Sequence record: DRR378314_630
DNA length: 56,996 bases
Reading direction: 5' to 3' (one strand)
Positions 35,477 to 46,023 of this stretch are shown in pieces (the first letter of the stretch is position 1; every line of letters starts with the position of its first letter). Both the position numbers and the translations under genes were made by a program. The notes under the pieces are model-generated. The model was not told the origin of the DNA. It saw only the letters and a program-made list of their open reading frames with translations, and did not search any database.

Positions 35477-36661
35477 TCAGGCCGTTGCCGGTGTCGGCTT
35501 GAGACTGGAGGCCAACATCGTCAGTAATGCATCGGCAAGCAATGCCAAGGCAATGGTCGGCAAAGCACCGAGCAACACCAGGTCCATCGCCGCCTGCCCC
35601 AGCCCCTGAAAGATAAAACCACCGAAACCACCCGCGCCGATCAGGGCCGCCACCGCAGTCAGGCCGATTGCCTGAATCGTTGTAATGCGCACACCCTCAA
35701 TGATCACCGGCAGCGCCAACGGCAGCTTGAGCTGAAAAAACACCTGGCGTTCATTCATACCCATACCCCGAGCCGCATCGGCCAGGCGTTCGGGAACTTC
35801 GGTAAGCGCCACAAAGGTGTTGCGCACCATCGGCAGCAAACTGTAGGCGATCAACGCCAGCAACGCGGGTGCCCAACCAATACCGCGGATGCCGAGGTCC
35901 TGCAGGAACGGGAGTGCTGAGGAGAGCGCACTGAGTGGCGCAATCAGCAAACCGAACACCGCCAGGCTGGGAATGGTTTGCAAAAAACTCACGGCGCCGA
36001 GAAGAGGGCGCTGCCAGGCCGGACTGCGGATCATTTTGAGCGCCAGGGCAAACGCCAGGCCGGCACTGATGGCAACCGCACCCAATGCCAGGGCCAGGTG
36101 CGTCCAGAGCGCCTGCTGAAACTTGTCGGGGCGAGCGTTGAACTCCCGCACCAGCGACAGACTCTCCAGGCCGTCGCTACGCAGCAAGACAAGCCAGCTT
36201 CCACCGATAAACACGAGCAGCATCAGCTGCAGCCAACGACGGGCTTTCAGCCTGCCTAGCGTCTCAATTAACATCAGCGAAAGCAGAAATAACAGGGACC
36301 AGAACCCCGCCCCGACAGACGAGCGGGCGTAAGGCGCTCCCTCCGGCAGATGGCGGGTGGCAAACACCTCCAGCAGCAGCGGCATCGTCGCCAGAGAAAG
36401 CCCAAGCAGGCCGAGCAGAAGCTCATAACGCCGACGCAACGGCAACGTCGACAGCACAACCGTCGCCAACAGAATCCCCGTGACCAGTCCTGCCCCAGCC
36501 CATCCCGCAGCCGAGAGCAGGCCATGGCCGGTGCCTGGAACAATACGGTTCGGCTGGATAGTGCCAAGGTCCAGCCACCAGGCCAGGGCCAGGGCCAATA
36601 CCCCAAGCACTGGAATGACTCTGTTTGGAAACGTCTGGCGCGAAAGCTCAGTGATGGACAA
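35477..36661 (-). CDS. osmoprotectant ABC permease (YehY-like)
   Basis: PNRI N-terminal extension, QTIPSLA, DAARGMGM. Confidence 0.88.
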   Translation of the reverse strand: MSITELSRQTFPNRVIPVLGVLALALAWWLDLGTIQPNRIVPGTGHGLLSAAGWAGAGLVTGILLATVVLSTLPLRRRYELLLGLLGLSLATMPLLLEVFATRHLPEGAPYARSSVGAGFWSLLFLLSLMLIETLGRLKARRWLQLMLLVFIGGSWLVLLRSDGLESLSLVREFNARPDKFQQALWTHLALALGAVAISAGLAFALALKMIRSPAWQRPLLGAVSFLQTIPSLAVFGLLIAPLSALSSALPFLQDLGIRGIGWAPALLALIAYSLLPMVRNTFVALTEVPERLADAARGMGMNERQVFFQLKLPLALPVIIEGVRITTIQAIGLTAVAALIGAGGFGGFIFQGLGQAAMDLVLLGALPTIALALLADALLTMLASSLKPTPATA

Positions 36662-36664
36662 ACC

Positions 36665-37588
36665 TCAGTCCTGAGTCAGGGAATCCAGATAATCCCGGGC
36701 AACCGCCTCGGCCGGCACACCGTTTACCGCAACCTGACCATTCAGTCGCTGGAGGGTTTCCAGATCCAGAGACTCAAAGACCGGCTCAAGAACCTCGCGA
36801 ATGTTGGGATACGCTTCCAGCACCTCCGCGCGCACAATGGGTGTCGGCTGATAGACAGGCTGGACACCCAATGTGTCCTCCATCACCTTCAGGTCAAGCG
36901 CGTTCAGCCCACCATCGGTTCCGTAGGACATGGCGCCATTGACATCGTTGTCGTTGAGCGCAGCAGCCCGCAGTGTCGCGGCCGTGTTGCCACCTGACAG
37001 GATCAGCAACTGGTCAGACCCAAGCTTGAACCCGTACGCCTCCTGGAATGCCGGCAGCGCACTGGCGGATTCGACAAACTCGGCACTGGCCGCAAACTTG
37101 AAGGCGCCGCCGCCATTGATATAGGACGCCAGATCTTCAAGCGTGTTCAGGTTATTCGCGCGCGCCAGATCCCCCCGCACACTCATGGCCCAGGTATTGT
37201 TGGCCTGCGCCGGTGTTAGCCAGACAATGTTATGTGCCTGCTTATCAAGGCTGGCAGCCTGCTCGTAGGCCTTGTCGGCATCTTTCCAGATGTCCCGATC
37301 CGCCTGGTCATGGAAGAAGGCGGCATTGCCGGTGTACTCCGGGTACAGATCTATCTCACCCGCCTTGATCGCATTACGCACGATGTTGGTTGCACCAAGC
37401 TGCAGGCGGTTCTCAACCGGAATGTCGGCCCCTCTGAGAGTTTGCAGAATCATCTGGCCCAGCACGGCGCCTTCTGTGTCGATCTTGGACGACACCACCA
37501 CTGGGTCAGCGGCCATAGCCGGCCCGGCGATCAGAAAAAAGGTTAAAGCCGCTGTACGGCGAAAACGGGAGATAGCGGGCACGGTCAT
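36665..37588 (-). CDS. osmoprotectant ABC substrate-binding protein (YehZ/OsmF-like)
   Basis: VSSKIDTEG, GEIDLYPEYTG, QPVYQP. Confidence 0.9.
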   Translation of the reverse strand: MTVPAISRFRRTAALTFFLIAGPAMAADPVVVSSKIDTEGAVLGQMILQTLRGADIPVENRLQLGATNIVRNAIKAGEIDLYPEYTGNAAFFHDQADRDIWKDADKAYEQAASLDKQAHNIVWLTPAQANNTWAMSVRGDLARANNLNTLEDLASYINGGGAFKFAASAEFVESASALPAFQEAYGFKLGSDQLLILSGGNTAATLRAAALNDNDVNGAMSYGTDGGLNALDLKVMEDTLGVQPVYQPTPIVRAEVLEAYPNIREVLEPVFESLDLETLQRLNGQVAVNGVPAEAVARDYLDSLTQD

Positions 37589-37735
37589 TCCTCTTAGTCG
37601 TTGGCGTTTTTCTGATGTCTCAAGCGGCCACAACACCCTAAGAGGAGTTGCCGGCCGCTATGATCAGTCTATTGCAGGCAACTACGAAGACAAGATTAAT
37701 TTGGCCTTTCGCCATGTCAACGATGGTAGGTTTGA

Positions 37736-38779
37736 TTACCCATCCTTGGAACCCGCCAACTCCCGTGTAAGAACTGCAGCTGAAACCTCCTTGCAGCCAC
37801 TGGCATTCTGCCCCGCCCAAAGAGGCGAAAAGTCACCGCTACCGGCAGCTTCGGCCTTTGCACGCAACGGAGCAATGGCGGACGACGCCAGAGGGAAAGC
37901 TGGGGCGCTGGAACTCATCGGCCCAAGCTCGCGCATCACTCGGTTCACAATACCCCGGGCCGCTCCGCCACTGAACAGATTTGTCAGTGCAGTAACACGG
38001 CTGGCCTCTGACTTCAGTGCAGAGCGGTGCACCGCTCTGGTCTGGGCTTCCGGGCACAGTAAATACGCAGTGCCAATCTGCGCTCCGGCCGCTCCAAGCG
38101 CCATCGCAGCCTGCACGCCGTTAGCATCCGCAATACCACCGGCGGCGATAACGGGAATCTTCACCGCCTCGACCACCTGCGGAATCAAGGCGAAGGTACC
38201 CACCTGGGTACTGATGTTCCTGGACAGGAAGAACCCACGATGCCCACCGGCCTCGACCCCCTGGGCGATGATGGCGTCAACACCCTGCGCTTCCAGCCAG
38301 AGCGCTTCGTCCAACGTTGTAGCGGTCGAGAGTATCTTTCCGCCCCATCCTCTTATGCGTTCCATCAACTCAGTCGCCGGTAGGCCGAAGTGAAAGCTCA
38401 CAACCGGGGGCTTGAACTCCGCCAGAACCTCCGCCGCCTCGGCGCTGAATGGGGCCCTTCCTGCTTGCGCGGATACGTCATTGGAATCAATACCCAGCTC
38501 GTCGAAATATGGCGACAGCGCTTTGCGCCAGTGACGCTCTGCGTCGGCGTCTGGCTCCGGAGGCGTGTGACAGAAAAAGTTGACGTTGTAGGGCTTACTG
38601 GTCTGGCTTGTCAGTGCCTCCAACTCTTTTCGCAGTGCTTCAGGACTAAGCATGGCGCAGGGCAGCGAGCCAAGACCTCCCGCGTTGGACACCGCTACAG
38701 CCAGTTCATGCCCCTGCACGCCGGCCATCGGCGCCTGGATGATGGGGAAATCAATACCGAGCACTTCCTGGATGGTCAT
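37736..38779 (-). CDS. nitronate monooxygenase family flavoprotein
   Basis: PIIQAPMAG, EAGGHRG, IAAGGIAD, LWAGQ. Confidence 0.9.
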   Translation of the reverse strand: MTIQEVLGIDFPIIQAPMAGVQGHELAVAVSNAGGLGSLPCAMLSPEALRKELEALTSQTSKPYNVNFFCHTPPEPDADAERHWRKALSPYFDELGIDSNDVSAQAGRAPFSAEAAEVLAEFKPPVVSFHFGLPATELMERIRGWGGKILSTATTLDEALWLEAQGVDAIIAQGVEAGGHRGFFLSRNISTQVGTFALIPQVVEAVKIPVIAAGGIADANGVQAAMALGAAGAQIGTAYLLCPEAQTRAVHRSALKSEASRVTALTNLFSGGAARGIVNRVMRELGPMSSSAPAFPLASSAIAPLRAKAEAAGSGDFSPLWAGQNASGCKEVSAAVLTRELAGSKDG

Positions 38780-38849
38780 CTCTATATCCCATGGTTAAGT
38801 ATTGGTGATGATAGCAGCGCTAAGTTCCCACACTCTGGCAAGATTTCAT

Positions 38850-39722
38850 CTATTGGGCCAATCGCTCCCAAAGTGCATTTGCGACAACGCCAAGCGCGCC
38901 TTCCCGCCGGCGTATCACGTGTAGTTGGGAATGGCGAATCGGGTAGCCCTCCAAATTCAGAGGGACCAACACACCGGACTCCAACTCCTCGGTTATCAAA
39001 TGTTCCGGCATTCCGCCCCACCCCATGCCGGCGAGAACAATCTCCTTTTTAGCGGCAAAATCCGACACCGTCCACCGCAACCCATCCGGCACCACGTCCC
39101 GGCTCTGGTCATACCTTCCCTTGCCTGTGCCCGCCACCACAACCTGCACGTAGGGACGCATTTCGGCATTGCCAAGCCGCTTGCGACTGCGTGCCGGACC
39201 ATAGTCAGGATGAGCCACCGGTATCATATTCACCATGGTGTAGGGGGTGGCAAGAACAGCCTCAGCGGCCAGCCCATCCAGAGTGGCAATGATGAGCTCG
39301 GCTTCTCCCGCCATGAGACGTTCAGCACTCCCGCCCATGGCATCGGACATCAACCGGATATCCGTGGCGGGGAACGTCTTTTTGACGTCGCCAATCACCG
39401 ACAGGAGCTCGCCCAGTGGGCAGGTGGCGGTCATGGAAAGCCGCACCTCCGCTTCCTGACTGGCAGACAACTTACCAGCCAGCTCCTTCAGGGATTGCAC
39501 CTGATCCAGCACGACCCGCGCCTGACGGTAAAACGCCTTACCGGCCGGGGTAAGCACAGGGCGGTAACTTTCCCGGGAAAGCAGGCTCAGCCCGGTTTCC
39601 TCTTCCAGGCTCTTGATGGCCTGGCTCAAAGCGGGCTGGGATTTGTAGAGCGCCTCCGATGCCTTGCGAAAACTTCCCTGCGTGACGATAGCATCCAGCA
39701 CCCGCAATTGCTCCAGCTTCAT
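38850..39722 (-). CDS. LysR-family regulator
   Basis: GSFRKASEALYKSQPALSQAIKSLE; divergent from GST operon. Confidence 0.9.
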   Translation of the reverse strand: MKLEQLRVLDAIVTQGSFRKASEALYKSQPALSQAIKSLEEETGLSLLSRESYRPVLTPAGKAFYRQARVVLDQVQSLKELAGKLSASQEAEVRLSMTATCPLGELLSVIGDVKKTFPATDIRLMSDAMGGSAERLMAGEAELIIATLDGLAAEAVLATPYTMVNMIPVAHPDYGPARSRKRLGNAEMRPYVQVVVAGTGKGRYDQSRDVVPDGLRWTVSDFAAKKEIVLAGMGWGGMPEHLITEELESGVLVPLNLEGYPIRHSQLHVIRRREGALGVVANALWERLAQ

Positions 39723-39762
39723 CAGCGCCCCTAAATGATCCATTTAAATTATCGTATTAATC

Positions 39763-39777
39763 ATAACTCAATATTAT
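39763..39777. promoter_or_regulatory. LysR T-N11-A binding site
   Basis: ATAA-CTCAATA-TTAT palindrome in the AT-rich divergent intergenic region. Confidence 0.6.
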
Positions 39778-39849
39778 TTAATTATCATTTCAAGGCGTAA
39801 TCTCTTCCTTGTTCAAGCCTGCTGCTTGTCACACAGAGGAGATCTACCC

Positions 39850-40452
39850 ATGAAACTGTATTTCAAACCCGGCGCCTGCTCACTGGCCTCACATATCGTG
39901 TTACGAGAACTGGGTGTTGATTTCACCCTCGAGAACGTCGATACGCAAACCCAGCGCACCGAATCCGGCATCGACTATAAAACCATCAATCCAAAAGGTT
40001 ATGTACCGGCCCTGGATACCGGCAGCGCGGTCCTCACCGAAGGCGCTGCCATCCTTCAATACCTGGCGGAATCAACTTCGCTGGTTCCGCCGACAGGAAC
40101 GCTTGAGCGGATCCGTCTGCAGGAACACCTGAACTACATCGCCTCAGAACTACACAAGGCTTTTGGGCCATACTTCAAAGCCAGTGCAACCGACGGGCAA
40201 CGCGCTCAAGCACATGAGGCCATCATTCGCCACTTCGATTACCTGGAATCCCTATTTGCCGATGGTCGAGCCTACCTGTTGGGTGAAGCCTTCACCGTTG
40301 CCGACGCCTATCTCTTTGTGGTTTGCAGTTGGGTAGGCGTGGCCGGTATCGATCTCAGGGATTGGCCACCCCTGAAAGCCGTGTGGGATCGAGTGATGGC
40401 CCGGTCGAGCGTCAAGGCTGCCATGCAGGCTGAAGGGCTGATCGCACAATGA
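39850..40452 (+). CDS. glutathione S-transferase (beta class)
   Basis: PGACSL, NPKGYVPAL, SELHK. Confidence 0.92.
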   Translation: MKLYFKPGACSLASHIVLRELGVDFTLENVDTQTQRTESGIDYKTINPKGYVPALDTGSAVLTEGAAILQYLAESTSLVPPTGTLERIRLQEHLNYIASELHKAFGPYFKASATDGQRAQAHEAIIRHFDYLESLFADGRAYLLGEAFTVADAYLFVVCSWVGVAGIDLRDWPPLKAVWDRVMARSSVKAAMQAEGLIAQ

Positions 40453-40838
40453 ACTCCCCCAAACCTCATGAGGCCATCCTGGCCCTGCTTGAAACCTATT
40501 TCGAAGGACTGCACCGGGCCGATAGCGACATGCTCGCCGCCGTGTTCCATCCCGATGCCCAGTATGTGAACGCAGTGCCAGAGGATTACCAGGTACTGTC
40601 GTTTCCCGAATACCGGCAAGTCCTGGATAAAAGGGTGCCACCCGCGAACACCGGAGAGACGCGCAGGGAGCGCATCATTTCCATCGAGACAAGGGCCAAC
40701 ACTCTCGCGTTCGCGAAAGTGGAAATGACCATGATGGGCCGCGAATACACCGACTTCCTGACACTGGTGTTCAACCAGGGTCGGTGGGCCATCATGTCCA
40801 AAATCTTTTACTACGAAAAGACAAACAAAGGAGACTGA
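40449..40838 (+). CDS. NTF2-like (lumazine-binding_2) protein
   Basis: YFEGL..VFHPDA..YTDFLTL..WAIMSK. Confidence 0.8.
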   Translation: MNSPKPHEAILALLETYFEGLHRADSDMLAAVFHPDAQYVNAVPEDYQVLSFPEYRQVLDKRVPPANTGETRRERIISIETRANTLAFAKVEMTMMGREYTDFLTLVFNQGRWAIMSKIFYYEKTNKGD

Positions 40839-40840
40839 CC

Positions 40841-41062
40841 GTGCCGTACGTCAATATCAAAGTCACCCGCGAAGGTGGCCCGGAGGGCAAAGGCCCGTCC
40901 GCTGAGCAGAAAGCGGAACTCATCGCGGGCGTCACCGACCTGCTTGTCAGAGTGCTGGACAAAAAACCATCCGCAACCATGGTTGTGATTGATGAAGTTG
41001 CATTGGAGGATTGGGGGATTGGGGGTCTTCCGGTGCCAGAGTATCGGGCGCGAAAACCCTAG
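40841..41062 (+). CDS. 4-oxalocrotonate tautomerase family protein
   Basis: GTG start then catalytic Pro1 (PYVNIK), QKAELI, WGIGG. Confidence 0.88.
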   Translation: MPYVNIKVTREGGPEGKGPSAEQKAELIAGVTDLLVRVLDKKPSATMVVIDEVALEDWGIGGLPVPEYRARKP

Positions 41063-41154
41063 GCAGCTGAGTTCAAAGCCGGTGCAAGGTTACTATCCCT
41101 GCGCCGGCATGTTCCACTGCACAAGAGTATGGGGGAATCCATCTGACTAAGTAG

Positions 41155-41484
41155 TCAGTCCACCACAAACAACTTCGCCCCTTGCTCGGTCGAAGACCGA
41201 TGAAGCTCTGCGTCATCCGCTACCTGGTAACTCGACCCAGGCTGGAGCAAAAAACAGCGTCCGTCTTTTAGCTCAGTGTGGAGCTCACCTTCCAGGCAAA
41301 GCAGAATGTGACCTTTGGCACACCAATGATCAGCCAGATAGCCGGGGCTGTACTCCACCATACGAACACGGATATCTCCGAAAGTGCGGGTCTGCCAATA
41401 GGCAGCCCCTTGTTCCCCGGCGTGTTCAGTCCTCTCAACTTCAGACCAGTCCGTAACTCCAAAGGGTAAATCCGATATCTTCAA
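41155..41484 (-). CDS. DHCW-motif cupin protein
   Basis: YLADHWCAKGH; TTG start at 41484 after AAGGAG. Confidence 0.85.
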   Translation of the reverse strand: MKISDLPFGVTDWSEVERTEHAGEQGAAYWQTRTFGDIRVRMVEYSPGYLADHWCAKGHILLCLEGELHTELKDGRCFLLQPGSSYQVADDAELHRSSTEQGAKLFVVD

Positions 41485-41535
41485 ACTGCTTCTCCTTAAG
41501 CAAGTAGTGGTTGGCATAGGCAGGCAGTACTCCTC

Positions 41536-42840
41536 CTACCAGGGCCCTACAACATACCCCAGTGTCTCCGGCAACCACAACGCAATCCCCGGCACCAACA
41601 TCACCAGCACCAGGCTGACAGCCATCGCAGCCACAAACACCATTGCCCAGCCGATGGTATGTTCCAGGCGAATGTTGGCGATGCGGGTGGTGACCATCAG
41701 GTTGACGGCGACCGGCGGTGTGAACTGGCCAATGGCGATGTTCATTGCCAGCAGGATGCCGAACCAGATCGGGTTCCAGCCAAAATGGTTCATCAGTGGC
41801 AGCACAATCGGGATCAGGATCAGATAGATGGAGATGGCATCCAGCAGCATGCCGGCAATCAGCACCAGAACCATCACCAGACCCAACAACACCCAACCGT
41901 TTTCCGAGAGCGACAACAGGGCATCTGCCAGGTGCTGAAAAGTACCCAGGGTGGTGCCCGCCCAGGCGAAGATGCCCGCCAGCGCGATGATGAACATCAC
42001 CACGCCGGAGGTCACTGCGGCATCCGTCATCAACCCCCAGAGGTTCCGCAGGCTGAGATTGCGATACAGCACGCAACCCACCAGCACCCCATAGGCCACC
42101 GCCACCACGGCCGCCTCGGTGGGCGTAAACAGGCCTGAACGCAGGCCGCCCAGGATAATCACTGGGGCAAACAAGGCAGGCAAAGCGGCCTTCAAGCTGG
42201 GCCAGAACGGCGGGCGTTCGACCGCTTCCGGATCTTCCCAACGGTACTTCTTCGCGAAATACAAAGCGGGTGCCAGCAGGGACACGCCCGCCAGAATGCC
42301 GGGGAAAATACCGGCGGCAAACAGCGCCCGCAGATCAACACCAGGCACCACGATGGAATAGAGAATCAGCGCAATGGACGGCGGAATCAGGATCGCGGTG
42401 GACGACGAAGCCGCAATGAGCGAGGCCGAGAACGGCTTCGGGTAACCGGCCTTCTGCATGCTCGGCAGCATCACCATCGCTACAGCGGCCGCATCGGCCG
42501 GGCCAGAGCCACTCATGCCCCCCATGATCAGGCACACCAGCACGGCGACCACCGTCAGGCCGCCATGGCGCGGGCCGATGATAGACTGGGCAAACCGCAC
42601 CAAAGCAGCGGCCACCCCCGCACGCTCGAATATCAGCCCGGTCAGGATAAACAGGGGAATCGCAATCAGCGGGTATTTGGCGACGCTGTTGTAGGTGTTG
42701 GTACCGAACGTGCCCAGCATTGCGGGCGGCAACCCCGCCACGATGCCCACCAGCCCACCCAGGCCCAGGGCAATGGCCACAGGCATCCCCAACAGCAATG
42801 CCAGCAGGAAGCTGCCGATCATCAGCAGGTCAGGACTCAT
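41536..42840 (-). CDS. dctM: TRAP transporter large permease
   Basis: LIAIPLF, GMSGS, LIPPS, TPTEAA, TPPV. Confidence 0.9.
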   Translation of the reverse strand: MSPDLLMIGSFLLALLLGMPVAIALGLGGLVGIVAGLPPAMLGTFGTNTYNSVAKYPLIAIPLFILTGLIFERAGVAAALVRFAQSIIGPRHGGLTVVAVLVCLIMGGMSGSGPADAAAVAMVMLPSMQKAGYPKPFSASLIAASSSTAILIPPSIALILYSIVVPGVDLRALFAAGIFPGILAGVSLLAPALYFAKKYRWEDPEAVERPPFWPSLKAALPALFAPVIILGGLRSGLFTPTEAAVVAVAYGVLVGCVLYRNLSLRNLWGLMTDAAVTSGVVMFIIALAGIFAWAGTTLGTFQHLADALLSLSENGWVLLGLVMVLVLIAGMLLDAISIYLILIPIVLPLMNHFGWNPIWFGILLAMNIAIGQFTPPVAVNLMVTTRIANIRLEHTIGWAMVFVAAMAVSLVLVMLVPGIALWLPETLGYVVGPW

Positions 42841-43324
42841 GGATCACCTCCGGGTCTTCCCTGCCACGAAGGCGATCAACAAGGTTCTGGGTCATGCGGA
42901 TAATGATGGCAACGGATAGCAGAGGCAGCCAGATCACATAGATCCAGTTAGGCAGACCCAGCCCTGGTGACAATGACTCCCACTGATATTCCTGCAGTGC
43001 AAAAGTGCTGCCATACCAAGTCATGACCCCCAGGACTGTCACGCCACCGAGCCATTGCAGCACAAACACCACCTTTTGCGCCCAAGGCGGTAGGTAATGC
43101 TCTATCAACTCGATACGAATGTGCTGGTTGTGACGCGCAGCCACCGCAGCGCCTGCGAAGGTGAGCACCACCAGAAGGAACACCGAGAATTCCTCGGTAA
43201 AGGCGAATGAAGCATCCGTCGCGTAGCGCACGATCACGTTGCCCAAACTGATCAAACAGATCGCAACCAGGGCAATGGTGGCCAGCCAGGCATCGAGCCG
43301 GAATTTGGGGGGACGGGACGGCAT
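42830..43324 (-). CDS. dctQ: TRAP transporter small permease
   Basis: Four TM helices, TEEFS, HIRIE. Confidence 0.85.
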   Translation of the reverse strand: MPSRPPKFRLDAWLATIALVAICLISLGNVIVRYATDASFAFTEEFSVFLLVVLTFAGAAVAARHNQHIRIELIEHYLPPWAQKVVFVLQWLGGVTVLGVMTWYGSTFALQEYQWESLSPGLGLPNWIYVIWLPLLSVAIIIRMTQNLVDRLRGREDPEVIHES

Positions 43325-43345
43325 GGGAACTCCGGTTCGCAAAGA

Positions 43346-43369
43346 GCGCCCACCGGCAGCGGTGGGCGC
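43346..43369 (-). other. intercistronic hairpin between dctP and dctQ
   Basis: GCGCCCACCG-GCAG-CGGTGGGCGC perfect 10-bp stem. Confidence 0.6.
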
Positions 43370-43384
43370 CTGAACAGATCGCTT

Positions 43385-44395
43385 TTACTGATTACGGTTG
43401 GCGACCGCTTCCTGGGCTTGCTTGACCAGATCCTCGCCAATGCGCGGCGTCCACGTTTCGTATACCGACTTCGTGGCTTTCATGAAGGCATCGCGCTGCT
43501 CGTCAGTCAGTTCGGTGACCTCCACGCCCCGCTCCTTGATCGCAGCCAGGGTCGCATCGATTTCGCTACGGGATTTCTCAATCTCCCACTGGCCGGCATC
43601 AATCGCCGCCTGCTTCAGCAATTCCTGATCTTCCGGGCTGAACTGGTCCCAGATGCTGTTGCTGACCGCGAACACCAGTGGGTCTGCCATGTAGTGCCAG
43701 CGGGTCAGGTATTTCTGGCCAACCTGATCGATACGCGCCACATCAAAGACCGACAGCGGGTTTTCCTGGCCATCAACGGCACCGGTGGTCAGCGCCGGTT
43801 TGGCATCGGCCCAGCTCATCTGGGTGGGGTTGGCGCCCAAGGCCGTAAAGGTATCCTGGAACAGCGGCGAGCCAACAACGCGGATTTTCAGGCCATCCAG
43901 ATCGGCCGGTTCATCAATGGTCAACTTGGAGTTGGAGAGCTCACGGAAGCCATTCTCACCCCAGGCCAGTGGAGTAACACCACGCTTCTTGATCGCTGCA
44001 AAGACAGCCTCGCCAGCTTCGCCCTGGGTGATCGCATCAATGGCAGCATAGTCCGGCATCAGGAAAGGCAGGGAAAACAGGTTCAGTTCCGGCACCTGCG
44101 GCGACCAGTTGATGGTGGAACCCACCGACATATCGATCAGCCCGGAGCGCATGGCCGAAAACTCCTTGGTCTGGTCACCGGAGACCAGTTGGGAGTTGCT
44201 GTAGATCTTCATGTTGATACGCCCATCGGAGCGTTCTTTCACCAGCTCCACCCATTTATCCGCAGCCTGCCCCCATGGAAAGGCAGACGGCAGTACGGTG
44301 GACACCGTGTATTCATCCTTGTAGTCGGCCTGGGTAACGGCACTGAACAGCAGAGTAGCCGCCGCGGCAGCCAGGAGAGAGCGACGTTTCAACAT
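43385..44395 (-). CDS. dctP: TRAP transporter substrate-binding protein
   Basis: ENGFR, DLDGLKIRV, GAVDGQEN. Confidence 0.9.
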   Translation of the reverse strand: MLKRRSLLAAAAATLLFSAVTQADYKDEYTVSTVLPSAFPWGQAADKWVELVKERSDGRINMKIYSNSQLVSGDQTKEFSAMRSGLIDMSVGSTINWSPQVPELNLFSLPFLMPDYAAIDAITQGEAGEAVFAAIKKRGVTPLAWGENGFRELSNSKLTIDEPADLDGLKIRVVGSPLFQDTFTALGANPTQMSWADAKPALTTGAVDGQENPLSVFDVARIDQVGQKYLTRWHYMADPLVFAVSNSIWDQFSPEDQELLKQAAIDAGQWEIEKSRSEIDATLAAIKERGVEVTELTDEQRDAFMKATKSVYETWTPRIGEDLVKQAQEAVANRNQ

Positions 44396-44628
44396 GTGGT
44401 TTTCCTTTTTATTGGGATTGTGACGATCGCTGTGCCGCTGTCAGGCAGCGGACCAACAGGTGATTATAGAAACCGGGCTATCTGCGAGCAATAGACTAAG
44501 GTGGGAGAGACACTCACCTCAATGAAAGCGCAATGCAATACGGCTAAAGGATAATTGGTGCTACCCCAGGCTTTTCGTTTAGCTTGCCAGCAATAAAACA
44601 AGCCGACAAAAAAATAGTGGAGGACAAT

Positions 44629-45936
44629 GTGTTAGACAGGGCATCCAAACCGATGGTCAGCCTGGTAGACAAATACCTACCGGACCCGTATCTGTTCGTC
44701 ATCATTCTGACGCTGTTGTCATTCGTCGCAGCGATGGTATTCCAGAGCCATGGCCCCATGGCAGTGGTGGAAATGTGGGGGGACGGCTTCTGGAACCTGC
44801 TGACTTTCTCAATGCAAATGCTACTGGTGCTGGTCACCGGCTTTATGATGGCAAGCACCCCACTGGTGCGCGGTATCCTGAACCGCATTGCAGGCCTTGC
44901 CAGAACACCTGGCCAAGCCATCGTGCTGGTGACCTTCATCGCGCTGGTCGCCAGTTGGATTAACTGGGGCTTTGGCCTGGTGGTCGGCGCACTGTTCGCC
45001 AAGGCACTCGCCCGTCAAATCCGCGTACATTACCCGTTGCTGATTGCCAGCGCCTATTCCGGGTTCATTGTCTGGCACGGCGGGCTTGCCGGTTCCATCC
45101 CACTGACCATTGCCACCGAAAACCACTTCACAGCCGACGTCATTGGCGTGATCGGTACCAGCGAAACCATCTTCGCCTTCTTCAATCTGGCCATCGTCGC
45201 AGCGCTCTTTATTGTTGTGCCCCTGGTTAACCGCCTGATGCTGCCAGACGAAAGAGACAGCGTGTACGCAGATCCTAAAATTCTGGACGATGAGCCCGAC
45301 ACCTCCGTTGTAATCAATCGCCCGGCCGACTACCTGGAGAACAGCAGAACACTTGCCTGGCTGATCGGATTCAGCGGTATCGCCTTTATCTTCCAATACT
45401 TTATCGATGGCGGCGGGCTGAACCTGAACATCGTGAACTTCATGTTCCTGTTCGTTGCCATCATCCTGCACCAGACTCCCAAACGCCTGCTTGCCAGCCT
45501 GAATGAAGCCGTTAAAGGCGGCGCTGGCATCGTTATCCAGTTTCCGTTCTACGCCGGCATCATGAGCGTGATGACAGCCTCTGGACTGGCAGCGAGTATC
45601 TCAACGGGGTTTGTGTCTATTGCGAGTGCCGAAAGCCTGCCATTCTGGAGCTTTATCAGCGCCGGGGTAGTCAACATCTTCGTGCCGTCCGGCGGTGGCC
45701 AGTGGGCCGTTCAGGCACCGGTTATGCTGCCTGCTGCACAGGAGCTTGGCGCTGACATACCGAGAGTAGCCATGGGCGTCGCCTGGGGCGATGCCTGGAC
45801 CAACCTCCTGCAACCTTTCTGGGCTCTGCCAGTGCTGGCCATTGCCGGGCTGAAAGCCAAGGACATCATGGGCTACTGCCTGATGCTGCTGATCGTCACC
45901 GGCATCATCATCAGCGCAGGCCTGACCTGGCTGTAA
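44629..45936 (+). CDS. atoE: short-chain fatty acid transporter
   Basis: LPDPY, FSMQM, NWGFGLV, PSGGGQWAVQ, QPFWALP. Confidence 0.88.
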   Translation: MLDRASKPMVSLVDKYLPDPYLFVIILTLLSFVAAMVFQSHGPMAVVEMWGDGFWNLLTFSMQMLLVLVTGFMMASTPLVRGILNRIAGLARTPGQAIVLVTFIALVASWINWGFGLVVGALFAKALARQIRVHYPLLIASAYSGFIVWHGGLAGSIPLTIATENHFTADVIGVIGTSETIFAFFNLAIVAALFIVVPLVNRLMLPDERDSVYADPKILDDEPDTSVVINRPADYLENSRTLAWLIGFSGIAFIFQYFIDGGGLNLNIVNFMFLFVAIILHQTPKRLLASLNEAVKGGAGIVIQFPFYAGIMSVMTASGLAASISTGFVSIASAESLPFWSFISAGVVNIFVPSGGGQWAVQAPVMLPAAQELGADIPRVAMGVAWGDAWTNLLQPFWALPVLAIAGLKAKDIMGYCLMLLIVTGIIISAGLTWL

Positions 45937-45954
45937 TTGCCCACCCAAACGCTT

Positions 45955-45990
45955 GGCCGGAGAGTGTCGTTACTCTCCGGCCCTTTCTTT
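45955..45990 (+). terminator. rho-independent terminator after atoE
   Basis: GGCCGGAGAGT..ACTCTCCGGCC 11-bp stem followed by CTTTCTTT. Confidence 0.75.
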
Positions 45991-46023
45991 AGACACCCAT
46001 AAAAGCCACCGAAGCTATGCTCC

